A program made the translations under genes and the position numbers. A stretch of 63,722 nucleotides of DNA, counting the filler. It is 14 parts of 14 records of this genome, joined end to end, with 100 filler letters (N's around TTAATTAATTAA, not from the genome) between each part and the next. Parts side by side here need not be neighbours in the genome. Positions count along the whole stretch, not along the records: positions 25,592 to 30,325 come from SRR15195285_8238; positions 30,426 to 34,145 come from SRR15195285_8251; positions 34,246 to 38,160 come from SRR15195285_8252; 11 more parts are not named here. The stretch is one strand, 5' to 3'. A model generated the notes under the pieces. That model did no database searches. It saw nothing but the letters and a program-made list of their open reading frames with translations, and had not been told where the DNA came from. Below are positions 26,647-37,964 of this stretch, one piece after another (within the stretch, counting starts at the first letter, position 1; every line of letters begins with the position of its first letter).

Positions 26647-26949
26647 CGCGACCACTGTGGTTCTTTCTATATGAACGGACCACATGAGCTTGCCCCATTC
26701 GGTCTTGATACACTACACATGTGTATCACATAGCTCATGGTTCATGGAGCAGGTCACTACTTTGAAGCGTCTACAGAAAACAACTGCAGTTGACGGCGAA
26801 GACAAGGCACAGATGACCTTAGCGAATGATTTGAAAGTGTTGTTGAAATTGTATGCCGAAAATCCAAACTGTTACATTGGTATGTGTAGCGTATCACATG
26901 TTTCATTGCCGAGTACTCGCGGTCCTCCAGGCTTACTCTGCCGTGTCTG

Positions 26950-29900
26950 TTACCGGATGGACAATGGCACCGCGTTTTGGGCCGCGCTGTACGAGTTGCC
27001 GCCGACAGACAAAGTGTAATTGCCTGGTACGACGCGCAGTACCATTTCATCGTCGTAAAACTCTAGATTGTCCTCTGTCAGCTCAATGCGTACAGATGCT
27101 GAAGCACCTGCCACAAGCGTCACGCGTTTGAAAGAGAGCAGCCGCTTCCATGGCCTCACAAATTTCATGATCGGGTCTTCGCAGTAGACCTGAACAACCT
27201 CGGTACCAGTGATAGATCCGGTGTTGGTGAGCTGCACGCTGAGAGTCGCCACCACTTCCGCGCCCTGTGAAGCCCAAGCGAGCACGGGAGCAGATTAGAG
27301 AATGAGGTAGTCTAGTCCACATGGATGCATGATTTACTGCGAGCTACAAGTGCCAGCTTGTATGCGTTTCGCACTGGCTCCATCGTCATGACTTTGGCAT
27401 CGGCATACGCAAACGTTGTGTAGCTCAGCCCCTGTCCACCGCCCACAGCATGCCACGCACCACAATGGGGTTATTGCAGTCAGAACACACTTGCCACAGT
27501 CACAGGCAATGCAATTGCAGATGGCGTTTGCTGTTTGGCATGTGATCATCAATTTGTTTGGCACGCGATTCACACGAGACGCACATCGCCAAAGCGAAAA
27601 AGAGGCGCGGCTTCTGAGCCCGGTCCCTGCTCCACGGCAAGACAAGACACGAATTTGTGTGACACACCGACCACTGCGGAGCAGCACAAAGTAGCTCGCG
27701 ACATCTTGATTGGCTGCAGGATATCGTACCTCCTGAACTTTCGAAAGCAGCTGCCCACTGGCAAAGCTCAGCATTTCTCTCTGATTATGTACTGTGCCCG
27801 CAACTGTGTTCGTCGGGTGAGCGCCTGCGTGTGTGTTGTACGGATCATAGACCCGTCCATCAGGGTCTGCAGGGGACCGATGGTTGGCGACCCACTTCCC
27901 GACTCGCCACTGCAAGAACGGGGCTGCACCAGACATTGCCTGCCCAGACGAACGCACCCAGCTCTGGCCGAGCTTGCCACTAGGGGTTGCCACACCAGAT
28001 ATGATGTTGGCAATAGCGGTGCCACCGGCCTGACCGGGTCTGAATGCGGAAAGCATTGCAGTGACGTTGGCGAGGATGGTATTGTACGGACCACCGAAGG
28101 TCGGTGTACGTCCAGTCACGGTTACGAGTACCACAGGCGTACCGGTGGCTACCACAGCGTCTAGGAGCTGCAGTTGACCACCAGGCAGATCCAGCGAGTC
28201 TCTGTCTCCCCATTCCGAGCTTGTGTGTAGATCATCCCCGACTACTACAACGGCCACATCACTACTCTTGGCCAGTGCCACGGCCTTCGGGATCCCAGAC
28301 GTGTTTGTGTCACCGATGTTCGCACCAGCCTCATACTTCACGTTCGCCTGCGGAAATGCCGCCTTCAAAGCGTCGAAGGCTGTTGGCACGGAGACGGGGT
28401 GAGCGCCAGTTGGGTTGTACTGGTACTGTGTGTACGACCCAAGCATGTTCATCCCTGCCGCACATGCGTCCGCATCCATTGTCGACTTGCCAGCAGCTAG
28501 AGCTTCAAGAACCTCTGGATCCGAGCATCCTCCATTCGGACCGATCACAGCAATCCTCTTGGTCATTGCTGAGAGTGGGAGCATTGGGCGTGCCATGGTT
28601 TCTGCTTGATCTTGACCGTTGTGCATCCGCGCCGCAATTGGCGGCGGTTTATTGATGAGCAGGACAATCCCTTCCTCTGCAGCCTTCAGCGCAAGGGCCT
28701 GGTGACTGGGATTGTTGAGCTGCTTTATTAGCGACTCGTCCGTAATCGGGTCGTCAAACAGTCCGGCTGCCATCTTCTCAAGCAGCACACGGCGTGCAGA
28801 CACTTCGACAGCAGTCTCGTTCACAAGCTTCTGGTCGATTGCCTCCGAGAGAGATGTGTAGGCCGAGTTGCTTCCGCACTGAAGGTCGAGGTCAACGCCG
28901 CCTTCGAGGGCCGCCGCGGCAGCTGCAGGCATGTCCTTGGCGACACGAAAGTCGATGAGAGCCTCGATATCGTTGCAGTCGGAAACAATGATGCCATCGC
29001 CGAACGAGAACTCGTCGCGGAAGACCGTGTTCACAAGCCAGGGGTGCGCATGACACGGTCGATCTAGGACGGTGTTGTGCGCAGTCATTGCCCCCTTTCC
29101 GCCAGCCTTTGCGAACGCCTTCCATGACTTCAAGAAGAACTCTCGAAGCGTGCGCTCCGACAGCTCCGCCGGGGCACCGTTGAGGCCACCTAGCGCCGCA
29201 CCATACGCTGCATAGTGTTTGCCCAATGCAACCACCTTATCTTTCGCCATCGGTGCCCATTTGCCTGCCGGCTGCGGACCCTGGAACCCGTTCGCCGCTG
29301 CGACTGCGTACGCTGCAGTCAGCGTCGGGTTCTCGCTGTACCCTTCCTGCAGCCTCCCGAAACGCGAGTCGACCCATTGGTTCAGAACGGGACTGAACGC
29401 GACGTCGACCCCTGTCATGCGTGCCTCGGCGGCCACAGCAGCAGAGATGTTCTCAACAAGTTCCGTGTCCCACGTAGAGCCCTGCGTCACAAGTTCCGGG
29501 AACACTGTGCCACCTTTCGTTGCAGAGTGGAGCGCCTCCTGCGAGAAGCTGCCAGGGATGTGCAGTCGCGAGCCGTTGACAAGCGTAGCCTGGATCCCGT
29601 TCCGTGCCTTGACTAGCATTTCTGGCGTGCAGGCTCCACATTTGGTGGCCGGGTTGATCGACATCATGCCAACCGACGTGCTCCCAAAGGCCTCCACATC
29701 GAAGGCGCCATACGGGGCGTAGGTCTGTACGATCTTCTCGGTCAGCGTCATCTTTGACAGCAGGTCCTCCACGCGCTGGTAAATCGGCGCGCCCCTCTGC
29801 ATGTACCTGCTCCGGCAAACAACCGCCTCAAGCAGCAGTCAAAACTGTACAGAAGTTCAATACAAAATATCCGCGATCCTGGTCAAGCAGAGAAAAATTC

Positions 29901-30022
29901 GGAACTAGTCTGGAGTATAGGTACAGCGGCTGGGCGCCGCCGCCGGCTTGTGGGCTGCTGTTCGCGCTGGCCAGCCGGGTCGCCGCCATGACTGAGCAGA
30001 GCAGGAGGAGGCTTGACGCCAT
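26950..30022 (-). CDS. Secreted GH3 beta-glucosidase/xylosidase with C-terminal Fn3-like domain; spliced
   Basis: Signal peptide, QEALH, GRLQEGYSENP, KHYAAY, nucleophile IVSDC, EWGDRDSLDLPGGQ, PSGKL, and Fn3-like NTGSITGTEVVQVY. Confidence 0.93.
29806..29921 (-). mobile_element. Introner-like element family A, copy 2 (GH3 intron 29807-29924)
   Basis: GTA-CCTGCTCCGG...CTGGAGTATAGG-TAC. Internal AGCAGCAGTCAAAACTGTACA. Spliced junction CCG CT|G TAC ATG. Confidence 0.75.
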
Positions 30023-30975
30023 CGATGCCTTCAGGATTCGACACGTGCGCCAGCGACGGAGGGCGCGCTGAGCAGCGCCCGGATGGCCCCCCGCCGTCGA
30101 TCGACTGTGATGAGCGCGCGCTAGCGCGCGCCAGAGTAGTGGCCGGCGGCGGGGTCCGCTTCTCCGCTAGGCGATCACAACGCGATTCCCGGGTCGGTGT
30201 GCGCAGATTGATTGTCGCACGCACATCATGCGGGTTCCAATGTACCCGGAGTACATGTAATTAACACCGGGTTCGCCCTGAACGCCCCTGTTTAGCTGTT
30301 TTGTATGTGAGCTCGTTTGAGATCANNNNNNNNNNNNNNNNNNNNNNNNNNNNNNNNNNNNNNNNNNNNTTAATTAATTAANNNNNNNNNNNNNNNNNNN
30401 NNNNNNNNNNNNNNNNNNNNNNNNNAGTCTGTACTGGAAAATGGTGCTATTCTGATGTCGATCTGGCATTCATGTGCATCAGGGCGTCGCCCGCGTTCAA
30501 GAGTGTACTATAATAGCTAGCACTGGTAATACTGAACGAGAAACGAGCCCTGGTCTACTACTGTACTACTACTATTCATATATAGCCCGATATCCCCTTG
30601 GCGGAAGTGTGCGAGTCTGAGAAATTGTGTGACGTTGATGGACGTGTACACTGTATTATACTGTACGTACTGTAAACCGTGACGTGAAACCTGATCAGAG
30701 GAATCCTGTCACTTTCAGCACACATCTACGTACGGACATTTACGGTGATTTGCATTCACCGTGTTTAGTGTGTTCTGTGTATTTTTGGTGTGCATTCGAC
30801 ATCGGTGGAATTCCTATATTCATAGGCTATGAATATCAGGCTGACAAGTCCACAGCAACAAGGGATAACGAGGGTATAACGGCCCATCCGCAGCGGTTAC
30901 CTGGGATACACGCGGTTCAAACCGGCATTGGAGGCGGATTTTAGCCGTTGAGCAGAGCGTGCACGCTTAGAAGGG

Positions 30976-31845
30976 ATGTTGGGCAAGCAGGCGGGGAGGA
31001 TGGCGGTGCGGAACATCGTGGGCGGGCGGCGGTCTCGAGCGGTGGCTGGGGCGGCGGCGAGGGGCGCGGTCTCGGGGGCGCGGCTGATGCGGCTGAGCAC
31101 GGCGGGGCTGCCGCGGCAGCAGCGGCGCTTCGCGTCGAGCGGGGACGTGAATGAGCGCCACGTGCAGCTGCTCGGCCTGCGGATGGACGCGCTCAAGCAG
31201 AACAAGCTGTCCGAGTCCGACCTACAAACCGCCTTCGAGAATACCGTCGACTCGGTCGGGCACGACTCGCACTACTTCCGCGCGTTGGAGGCACTAGGGG
31301 CGCTCAAGCTGGCCTTGCGCAACCAGAGCGCGAAAGCTGCCGAATCTCTGGCGGGCGCCAGCGCCCCCGCGAAGGGCCCGTGGCCTGCGTTCCACCCGGA
31401 GGAGCTCCGGCATCTAGGCTCTGCGGACCGGCCAGCTAAGCCCGTGCACGCGGGGATAGCCTCCACGGTGAGGACGCCGGTGCACGCGGGGGACAGGATC
31501 CGCGTCGTGCGGGGCTCCTACCAGGGCAAATTCGCCACCGTCGTTCGGCCCACGGCGGCGCGCTACATCGTCCGCCTAGACCGGGGAGGCGAAGTGTGCC
31601 TCGCGCCGTCGTCGCTAATTGTGCAGCAAGCTGTCAACGCGAGGACGCTGGCGGCGGCCGAGGGCGGGCCGCTCAGCTCGGTCGCGCCCCCGACCGAGAA
31701 GCCCGCTCCCGCAGACTGGGCTGCTTCTGCGGGCGTCGCTGGGCAGATAGCAGCGACGGCCGCGTCAGAGCTTGCAGAGCTGCACGCGTGGCTCGGGCGC
31801 GACTCCCACGAGACGGAGAAGGAATGGGACCCTGTTACGCACTGA
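30976..31845 (+). CDS. Hypothetical protein with a KOW-like motif and Arg-rich presequence
   Basis: GDRIRVVRGSYQGKFATV is KOW-like. N-terminus resembles a mitochondrial transit peptide. Confidence 0.55.
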   Translation: MLGKQAGRMAVRNIVGGRRSRAVAGAAARGAVSGARLMRLSTAGLPRQQRRFASSGDVNERHVQLLGLRMDALKQNKLSESDLQTAFENTVDSVGHDSHYFRALEALGALKLALRNQSAKAAESLAGASAPAKGPWPAFHPEELRHLGSADRPAKPVHAGIASTVRTPVHAGDRIRVVRGSYQGKFATVVRPTAARYIVRLDRGGEVCLAPSSLIVQQAVNARTLAAAEGGPLSSVAPPTEKPAPADWAASAGVAGQIAATAASELAELHAWLGRDSHETEKEWDPVTH

Positions 31846-31964
31846 ACTTACGTGGTGCGAGGATCGGCCGGAGATACGGCTTCTGTTCGTTGCGGTGGAA
31901 TAATGTATTCACACGGTGTTGGATTGTATTGCAAAAGCAGCGCTGCGCTTTATCGATTAGCCCA

Positions 31965-32340
31965 TTATTTCATAGTGACATCTAGGATAGTCGGCGTCCA
32001 CCGTGCACAGTCCATCGACACCGTGGCTTTGGTGTACTCGCGGCTGAACACGTTCGGAGTAGACTCTTTGCACATACCCAAAGGCGAGCTGTAGTCCACG
32101 TCTACCTCTGCCGGCCGCACGTAGGTTTGGTTGAAAGTACTGCCTTCCGGTCCGCTCGAGGGAGCACAGCCAACCCACCGCAAGGGCCACGCACAAGCAA
32201 GAAATTGGCAACGTCAGCCTGTGGCTGCGTCAGGTTGCTCGGACCATTGTCACCCTTTTCGAACATATATGCAGTTGGCCCGTTCTGTTGTTTGTTCAGC
32301 TCCGAGCATCGACCAAGCCCAGCCGCCATGGCTTTGAACT
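31965..32340 (-). pseudogene. C-terminal exons/fragment of an unknown protein; upstream part not reconstructable
   Basis: Protein-like blocks ANFLLVRGP and YVRPAEVDVDYSSPLGMCKESTPNVFSREYTKATVSMDC lie in different frames. Confidence 0.3.
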
Positions 32341-32934
32341 GCAGCATAGACCATGAGAGACCTAGATCGCCGTACACCATCAGAACAGCAACAATGTCAA
32401 CGTCGGGTGCAGCAGTTCGGACGTGGCGTGGTGCTTAATCGATGTACGGAGAAGTAGGTTGAGTAAACGCGCAAACGTGAAGCGGCAGAGCAATCTCCAT
32501 GTCGTCCGCAAACGATAGCCCATGTCTCTGCACCGTAAGACATTGGGCGAAAAGTTTGCTCATTGGTCTTGTATGCGTAGCGGTACTCGCGCATGGCTTT
32601 GTATCATCTGCTTTCTTCTGATACATACACCAACGCGCTATGGTATGCGCTTGTGCCTCGCAGAACTCCGATGTTTGCTGGGTTGATCTCTCTGATCAAT
32701 GAGGCACGCATCTCGAAGGGTGGGAAGCCGGCTACAATTGCGCGGTGGGAGGGGACCCGGCCACCGGGCTGGGCACTCCCCTCTTTGGCAAGATGCTAGC
32801 TGCAGCGATGAAGTGAAAGCATCCAGTAGCCAAGGCTCACGAGCTGAGGCTAGATCAGCTGTGCTGGCTGTGCTGGACCTGAGGTTGCTTTCAGTAATGC
32901 CTTAACATGTTTTATGGGTGCCACTGCGAAGCGC

Positions 32935-33546
32935 CTAGGACTGCTTCGTCACCGCGGCACCTGTAATGAAGTTAACTCCAGGATACTTCTTGCGGATCCA
33001 GTCGTTCCCTTGCGCTTCGTACTCTCCCTGGTCGACGCCACCCGATCCGCCGGGCGTCGGGTTGAAGATCTTCGTCGCCACATCCATGCCCAGGACGACC
33101 TTCCCGAACGGCGAGAACCCCATCGCGTCCAGCCTCGAGTTGTCGGCGTAATTGATGAAAAGCTGCGTGCTGCGTGTGTTGGGGCCTGCGTCCGCGTAGA
33201 CGAGCGTGCCGACGGTGTTGCTTGCAAGGACCTTGTCGTCAGGGATCGACTTATGCAGCCACTTCTGATTTTCAACCTTCGATCCGCTGATCCCGAACTG
33301 CACCACAAACCCCGGCACCACGCGGAAGAACGCCGAGTCGTTGTAGAAGCCGTCCTTTACACAGGCGTAGAAGTTGTCCGCCCCGATCGGCGCCAGGGAG
33401 CGGTTGACCGCCACGACGATTTCGCTCGGCGACGCCTTCACATCGGTCTCAAACGTCACCTCGTAGCTCTCTGGCGCCGCTGCGTTCGCCGCCACCTGGG
33501 TTGCCCCGAGCGAAACCAGGAAGAAGAGGGCGCTGAGCGTTGCCAT
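32935..33546 (-). CDS. Secreted cyclophilin-type peptidyl-prolyl isomerase
   Basis: Signal MATLSALFFLVSLGA, then APIGADNF, FFRVVPGFVVQFG, GPNTRSTQLFIN and FSPFGKV. Confidence 0.93.
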   Translation of the reverse strand: MATLSALFFLVSLGATQVAANAAAPESYEVTFETDVKASPSEIVVAVNRSLAPIGADNFYACVKDGFYNDSAFFRVVPGFVVQFGISGSKVENQKWLHKSIPDDKVLASNTVGTLVYADAGPNTRSTQLFINYADNSRLDAMGFSPFGKVVLGMDVATKIFNPTPGGSGGVDQGEYEAQGNDWIRKKYPGVNFITGAAVTKQS

Positions 33547-34118
33547 CTCCCAGTCAATAGTGTGGGTTTGACCAGTCCTCCAAGTCAATGGTATGGGAGC
33601 GCTGAAGGTCTGGTCGTGGTCCCCCGCCCGCGCTGCCTCGCGCTGCACGTGCTGATGCTCACCAGCCGCCGCCCGGCGCTTGCGCCACAGCCCCGCCAGA
33701 GGGGCCGCTCAGGGTTGTGTTCCTTTGCCCACGGGGCAATTAGTGGTGTGTGTACACTCTAGATCTAGCTAGATCTACAGCTGTAGTACTAGCTAGTGCC
33801 TATACCGGTATTGGGTAACGTAAGCTAGCTTGCACGAAATGGGGTTTTGGGCGTGCATAACGGCTGCTTGGTAAGTTAGGGTAGGGTATTTAAATGGCGT
33901 AACGGCGTTAGGCGTACAAAGTGAGGCCTCGATGCGTAGAGAAACGGCTAGTAGTGGGCATTTCGAGCCACGTAAAACTGGGCTAAAGTTAACCTTGCAA
34001 ACTGTGTAAGCTAGCTTACACAGAATCATTCGGCTGCAGCAGCGCCCAGGGCCGTTGCCTGGTGCGTAGAAGCTGGCTTGCGTCAGCTTGCACGTACTGC
34101 ACCTCCCCATCAGCGGCC

Positions 34119-34145
34119 TGACACCGGGCATAAGGCCTTATGCCC
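34119..34145. repeat. Dispersed 34-bp palindrome, copy 2 (cut by contig end)
   Basis: TGACACCGGGCATAAGGCCTTATGCCC. Confidence 0.9.
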
Positions 34146-34260
34146 NNNNNNNNNNNNNNNNNNNNNNNNNNNNNNNNNNNNNNNNNNNNTTAATTAATTA
34201 ANNNNNNNNNNNNNNNNNNNNNNNNNNNNNNNNNNNNNNNNNNNNCGTGCAGGAATAGAT

Positions 34261-36402
34261 ATGGGCAAGGCGTTGGAGCTGCTGCAGACAGCAGATGACT
34301 TGGACCTAGAGACGAAGCTGCGCCATATTGACATGGCAGAAGCAATGCTGAGGGAGCAAGAGTATGTGCCTCCTCCTGATGAAGTTGGATGGATGACAGA
34401 AGCCCTCCAAGGTGACTTGCTGCAACAGGAGCTGGACATGTATGATACTCAGGATTTGCAAGGCTTGCCCATTGACGAGACGGAAGAAGATGCACGTGAC
34501 GAGTTCCTGAAGTTAAAAAGTGTGCTCGACACAGATAGCGAGGCTAGGGTGCGTCACCACCAGGAAATGGCTGGCGCATTGCGGATAAACGTGGCTCAGT
34601 CAGAGCAGATGAACCTACAGTTTCACCAGGGCCATTGGGACCCACTTGTGCAGCGTGGCGCTGATGCCGCCATGAGCCACGGCACTATGGGCGAAGATAC
34701 TGCACAGCCTACGATTGCGTTCAGTGAGATTGAGGACTCTCGCGAGGCGGCTCCGCAGAGCGACGAGGACATGGCCTTGGGGGTGCCGCGGGTAAGCTCA
34801 CGCGTCTCTATCAGTGAGATGGAGCGCAGACGTGCTGTACGAACGCCGCTGCGAAAATGCTTGCCTGGTGGAGGCGAGCAGTGGGAGAAAGTCGGCTACC
34901 GGGAGAGCTTTCTCTATGGTTGCATGCCTACGCAGTTTGAGTGGCGCGTACCTATCTATGTGCGCTCACCGGAACAGCAGCGTTACAAGACACCCACCTC
35001 TGGTTCTGTCACCACTTCTGGACAGCTTTCGCGTGGGGGAAACATGAGTCTGACCTTCACCACTGCCACCGGAGAGGGACAAGCTGACGATAGCCATGGC
35101 GTTGGGTCGATCTCTGAGATCAACATCGACGACCGTGTTCGGTTCCATCGTGCTGCACTGACAGATGCTGCAAAGGACGCTGCGATGCTGGTAGCAACAT
35201 TGCGCCCAGCGCCATCCACGTGGCCGGACGATTCAGCGTCGAAAAGAGCATCTGCCGAAGATGGCGGATGTGGATGGCTGCGATATCTGCATATTGTTCA
35301 CGCAGAGTGGCAACGGATAGGCGAGGCGGCTAAATTTCACATATTTCACCTCGGACGAGGGGACTTCGGGTTGGTTAGTAGTATCCCAGGCACGGGCACA
35401 GGGGTTGTGCCGCCTACAGGACAGGAAGTGGCGCCTAAAGTAGCCGATGCGGCAATTGCGCTGCGCGATGCAAAAGATACTCTTGACTCGCGCCGCGAAG
35501 GTGAGCGCGGGCCAGACGGACGACTGCTTCCTGCTTTGCCGCCACATTTGCGCAGATTCAACACGTCATCTGTGCGTATCGCACTTGTGATGGGCACAGC
35601 TGTCTTTCGCACCGCTGGGCACATACCGGCCACGTCTGAGCCACTACACTATCATTTGCAAGGGACCGCACTGCAGGCGAGCTTGGCGCTGGTAGCACGT
35701 GCTCCAGCTGATGCGATCGTTGTTGGCGACAGCTTTCGGGAGTCGATACAGTATGAGTTCGAGGTGGAACCGTACATTTCTGGCACCGCCACCACAGCAC
35801 TAGCTCAGCCAGACTTGGAGAGCACGATGGAAGATGTCACTAACGAATTCGACGCTCAGACACTAGCAGCACAGTCTGAGAAGCTTGCGCAAGATGAGGC
35901 TGCCACACTGCTGAAAGGCCGGGTCAGTGACACGAGCACATTCCTACGCAATGAAAGGCAGGAAGCCACCGAGACGACACAAGCGGCTGGCGCGCCACCC
36001 GCGCTGAACGTGGAGGAGTTGAGTGCCAATTCTGGTGTCCAGCGAGCAGCTGTGACCCATGTTGCTGACACAATCGTAGGCAGCCCCGCAAGCGCAGCTG
36101 CAGCTGCACAGGATCGCTACGCAAGTCTTCCGCTCTCGCCCGTGCCAACGCGTTCCTCACCACTTCCTGCAAGAGGAGAGCAATCTGCGAGCCCACTCAT
36201 GTCGCGTACACCCGCAGCGGCGACAGAGCGGTACAAGCGCATGGCGGCAAACACACGCCGGATGAGAGGATCGCCGCAGCGTAGCGCATCACGATCAGGC
36301 AAGGAGTCACCATCACCGAAGCACAGGCGAAGGCGACTAACTAATCTTGGCCCGACGGGTGGGGAGTCTCCGGTGCCCAACTTGCCAAGGTTAGTCCAGT
36401 AG
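34261..36402 (+). CDS. Hypothetical protein with a degenerate class III nucleotide-cyclase-like domain; possibly 5' partial
   Basis: 713-aa ORF. VRIALVMGTAV...YHLQGTALQASLAL...AIVVGDS follows cyclase C-terminal spacing but lacks the catalytic residues. Confidence 0.5.
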   Translation: MGKALELLQTADDLDLETKLRHIDMAEAMLREQEYVPPPDEVGWMTEALQGDLLQQELDMYDTQDLQGLPIDETEEDARDEFLKLKSVLDTDSEARVRHHQEMAGALRINVAQSEQMNLQFHQGHWDPLVQRGADAAMSHGTMGEDTAQPTIAFSEIEDSREAAPQSDEDMALGVPRVSSRVSISEMERRRAVRTPLRKCLPGGGEQWEKVGYRESFLYGCMPTQFEWRVPIYVRSPEQQRYKTPTSGSVTTSGQLSRGGNMSLTFTTATGEGQADDSHGVGSISEINIDDRVRFHRAALTDAAKDAAMLVATLRPAPSTWPDDSASKRASAEDGGCGWLRYLHIVHAEWQRIGEAAKFHIFHLGRGDFGLVSSIPGTGTGVVPPTGQEVAPKVADAAIALRDAKDTLDSRREGERGPDGRLLPALPPHLRRFNTSSVRIALVMGTAVFRTAGHIPATSEPLHYHLQGTALQASLALVARAPADAIVVGDSFRESIQYEFEVEPYISGTATTALAQPDLESTMEDVTNEFDAQTLAAQSEKLAQDEAATLLKGRVSDTSTFLRNERQEATETTQAAGAPPALNVEELSANSGVQRAAVTHVADTIVGSPASAAAAAQDRYASLPLSPVPTRSSPLPARGEQSASPLMSRTPAAATERYKRMAANTRRMRGSPQRSASRSGKESPSPKHRRRRLTNLGPTGGESPVPNLPRLVQ

Positions 36403-37139
36403 CGATGGTTGCGCGTGGCGTTGGTTGACTGGGGCACGGTTGTGATGCATTGAAGCTTCTTTAATAATTGCACCCAAAATGAACTGCTGTTGCGACCATC
36501 GATCTCTGCTATTTTCACCTGCGTGCAGCATATGAACCATCAGACGTGCGCTGCAATGCTGAATACAGCTCGCGGATGAATGCATGCATGCTGAAGTGGA
36601 CCGACAAATGAGAATGTGGTGATGCCAAGGAATGAGCACATGCACGTGTGAACCCGGGGGGGAACACAGCTGTGCCATAAAGCCCCAAGGCACCACCCCA
36701 ACAGCAGAGCCGCCCCCGTAAGGGTAAAGGTTTTAAACGGAGGCAACAAGATGCCCGGCTGACGCTCAGACTGCTGGATCTTCGTCTACCAGAGTTTCAT
36801 CTTATCAGCCTGGATACGTATATGATCCAAGCTGACGAACAATTCTGGGGTGGCAGCGTGCACGCACGAGTGTGGGCTTGAGAGCAGAGGTATCGCAAAC
36901 TTACTGTGCAAGGCTTGCGACAGTCCAACAAGCAAGCTAGCTCCGCTTATTCAGCCTGGACGCATAGCCGTGACGCCGCTTTAGGCGGCTACCGGCGTGC
37001 TCAGCAGTTCACACATTTAAGACACTCGGGGTCGTCGTGGTGCTCTCGTCGTTGGGCATGCGTACAAGTAGGCAGCGAGGAATCCGGCGCAGGCGGCTCA
37101 GTTCGCGAAACTTGAAGTGGTGTCACCGAACTTGGTGCG

Positions 37140-37964
37140 TCATGACGCCGGGTGCATGAACCAGCAGCCAGGACGAGTGCAGCCATTTCCGAAGCGGCAG
37201 GGCTGCAGTGCCTTCTGCCGTGCTACTTCAGCCTCTCTGTCCTCCAGGCGCTTTCGCTTTCTGCGCTCGCCGGCTTCCCGCTGTTTCTTGCGCAGACGCC
37301 TCCGTGTAGGGTCGTACTGCGCACGCATGCTGTGCGGCAGCTGCGAGAGCTTCTTCGCGAGCAGAGGCTGTTTGTCGCTGTGCTGCCCCTCTGCAGCGTG
37401 CCAGGCGCGGATGAATGCAGCATTTTTGTCCGCCTGCGACAGATCGGCGTACCAAAAGGAGAGGAAGGGCGATGTCTTCATTGCCTTCTCGCGCCGTGCA
37501 CCTCGAGGCGCCGTGTACCAGTAGCGAGTAGTTGGCACCAGGTAGAATGGCTTGGTTCTTGCCGTGGCTTTCGTATAGTACGGGTTCACGTACACGTAGT
37601 TGGGCACGAGGAGGAACCACGGTTTGCCGGAGCCGGCGCAGAACCGCAGAATTTTCTCGATGTGGTCATCGCTGTAGGGCGGATTAGTGACCAGCACGTC
37701 GTACTCTGGGGTGCTGCCGCTGTCTACAGCGGCGTAGAAATCCTCGTTCTTGTTGTACACACGCGGGAAGCCGCGCTGCGCCAGGTTGCGCACCACGGCC
37801 CCGTCGCAGAAGTACGGGTCGTAGATCCTGAGCTCACTCTTCGGCTTGCCACGCTCGGCGGCCAGCCACGCCAGCGCCCACGTAATGTCGTCGTAGGCCT
37901 CCCCGGGTGTTTCACAGTGATCGTCGTCATCGACGGTGAACTCGTACGCCTCGGAGGGCATCAC
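37140..37964 (-). CDS. Putative amino-methyltransferase (NPPY motif) with C-terminal CCCH zinc finger
   Basis: IYDPYFCDG (SAM-binding-like), VTNPPY, a basic NLS-like stretch, and CRFGNGCTRPGCWFMH. Confidence 0.7.
   Translation of the reverse strand: MMPSEAYEFTVDDDDHCETPGEAYDDITWALAWLAAERGKPKSELRIYDPYFCDGAVVRNLAQRGFPRVYNKNEDFYAAVDSGSTPEYDVLVTNPPYSDDHIEKILRFCAGSGKPWFLLVPNYVYVNPYYTKATARTKPFYLVPTTRYWYTAPRGARREKAMKTSPFLSFWYADLSQADKNAAFIRAWHAAEGQHSDKQPLLAKKLSQLPHSMRAQYDPTRRRLRKKQREAGERRKRKRLEDREAEVARQKALQPCRFGNGCTRPGCWFMHPAS

Noticed and set aside
30860-30879. AGGGATAACGAGGGTAT resembles the I-SceI site TAGGGATAACAGGGTAAT
   Set aside because: It needs an insertion plus mismatches and has no vector context, so it is likely chance.
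32914-33762. Long antisense or overlapping ORFs (e.g. 32914-33762 +, 37152-38042 +, 7621-8412 -, 2480-3298 -)
   Set aside because: They are shadows of real genes in GC-rich DNA and have no recognisable motifs.
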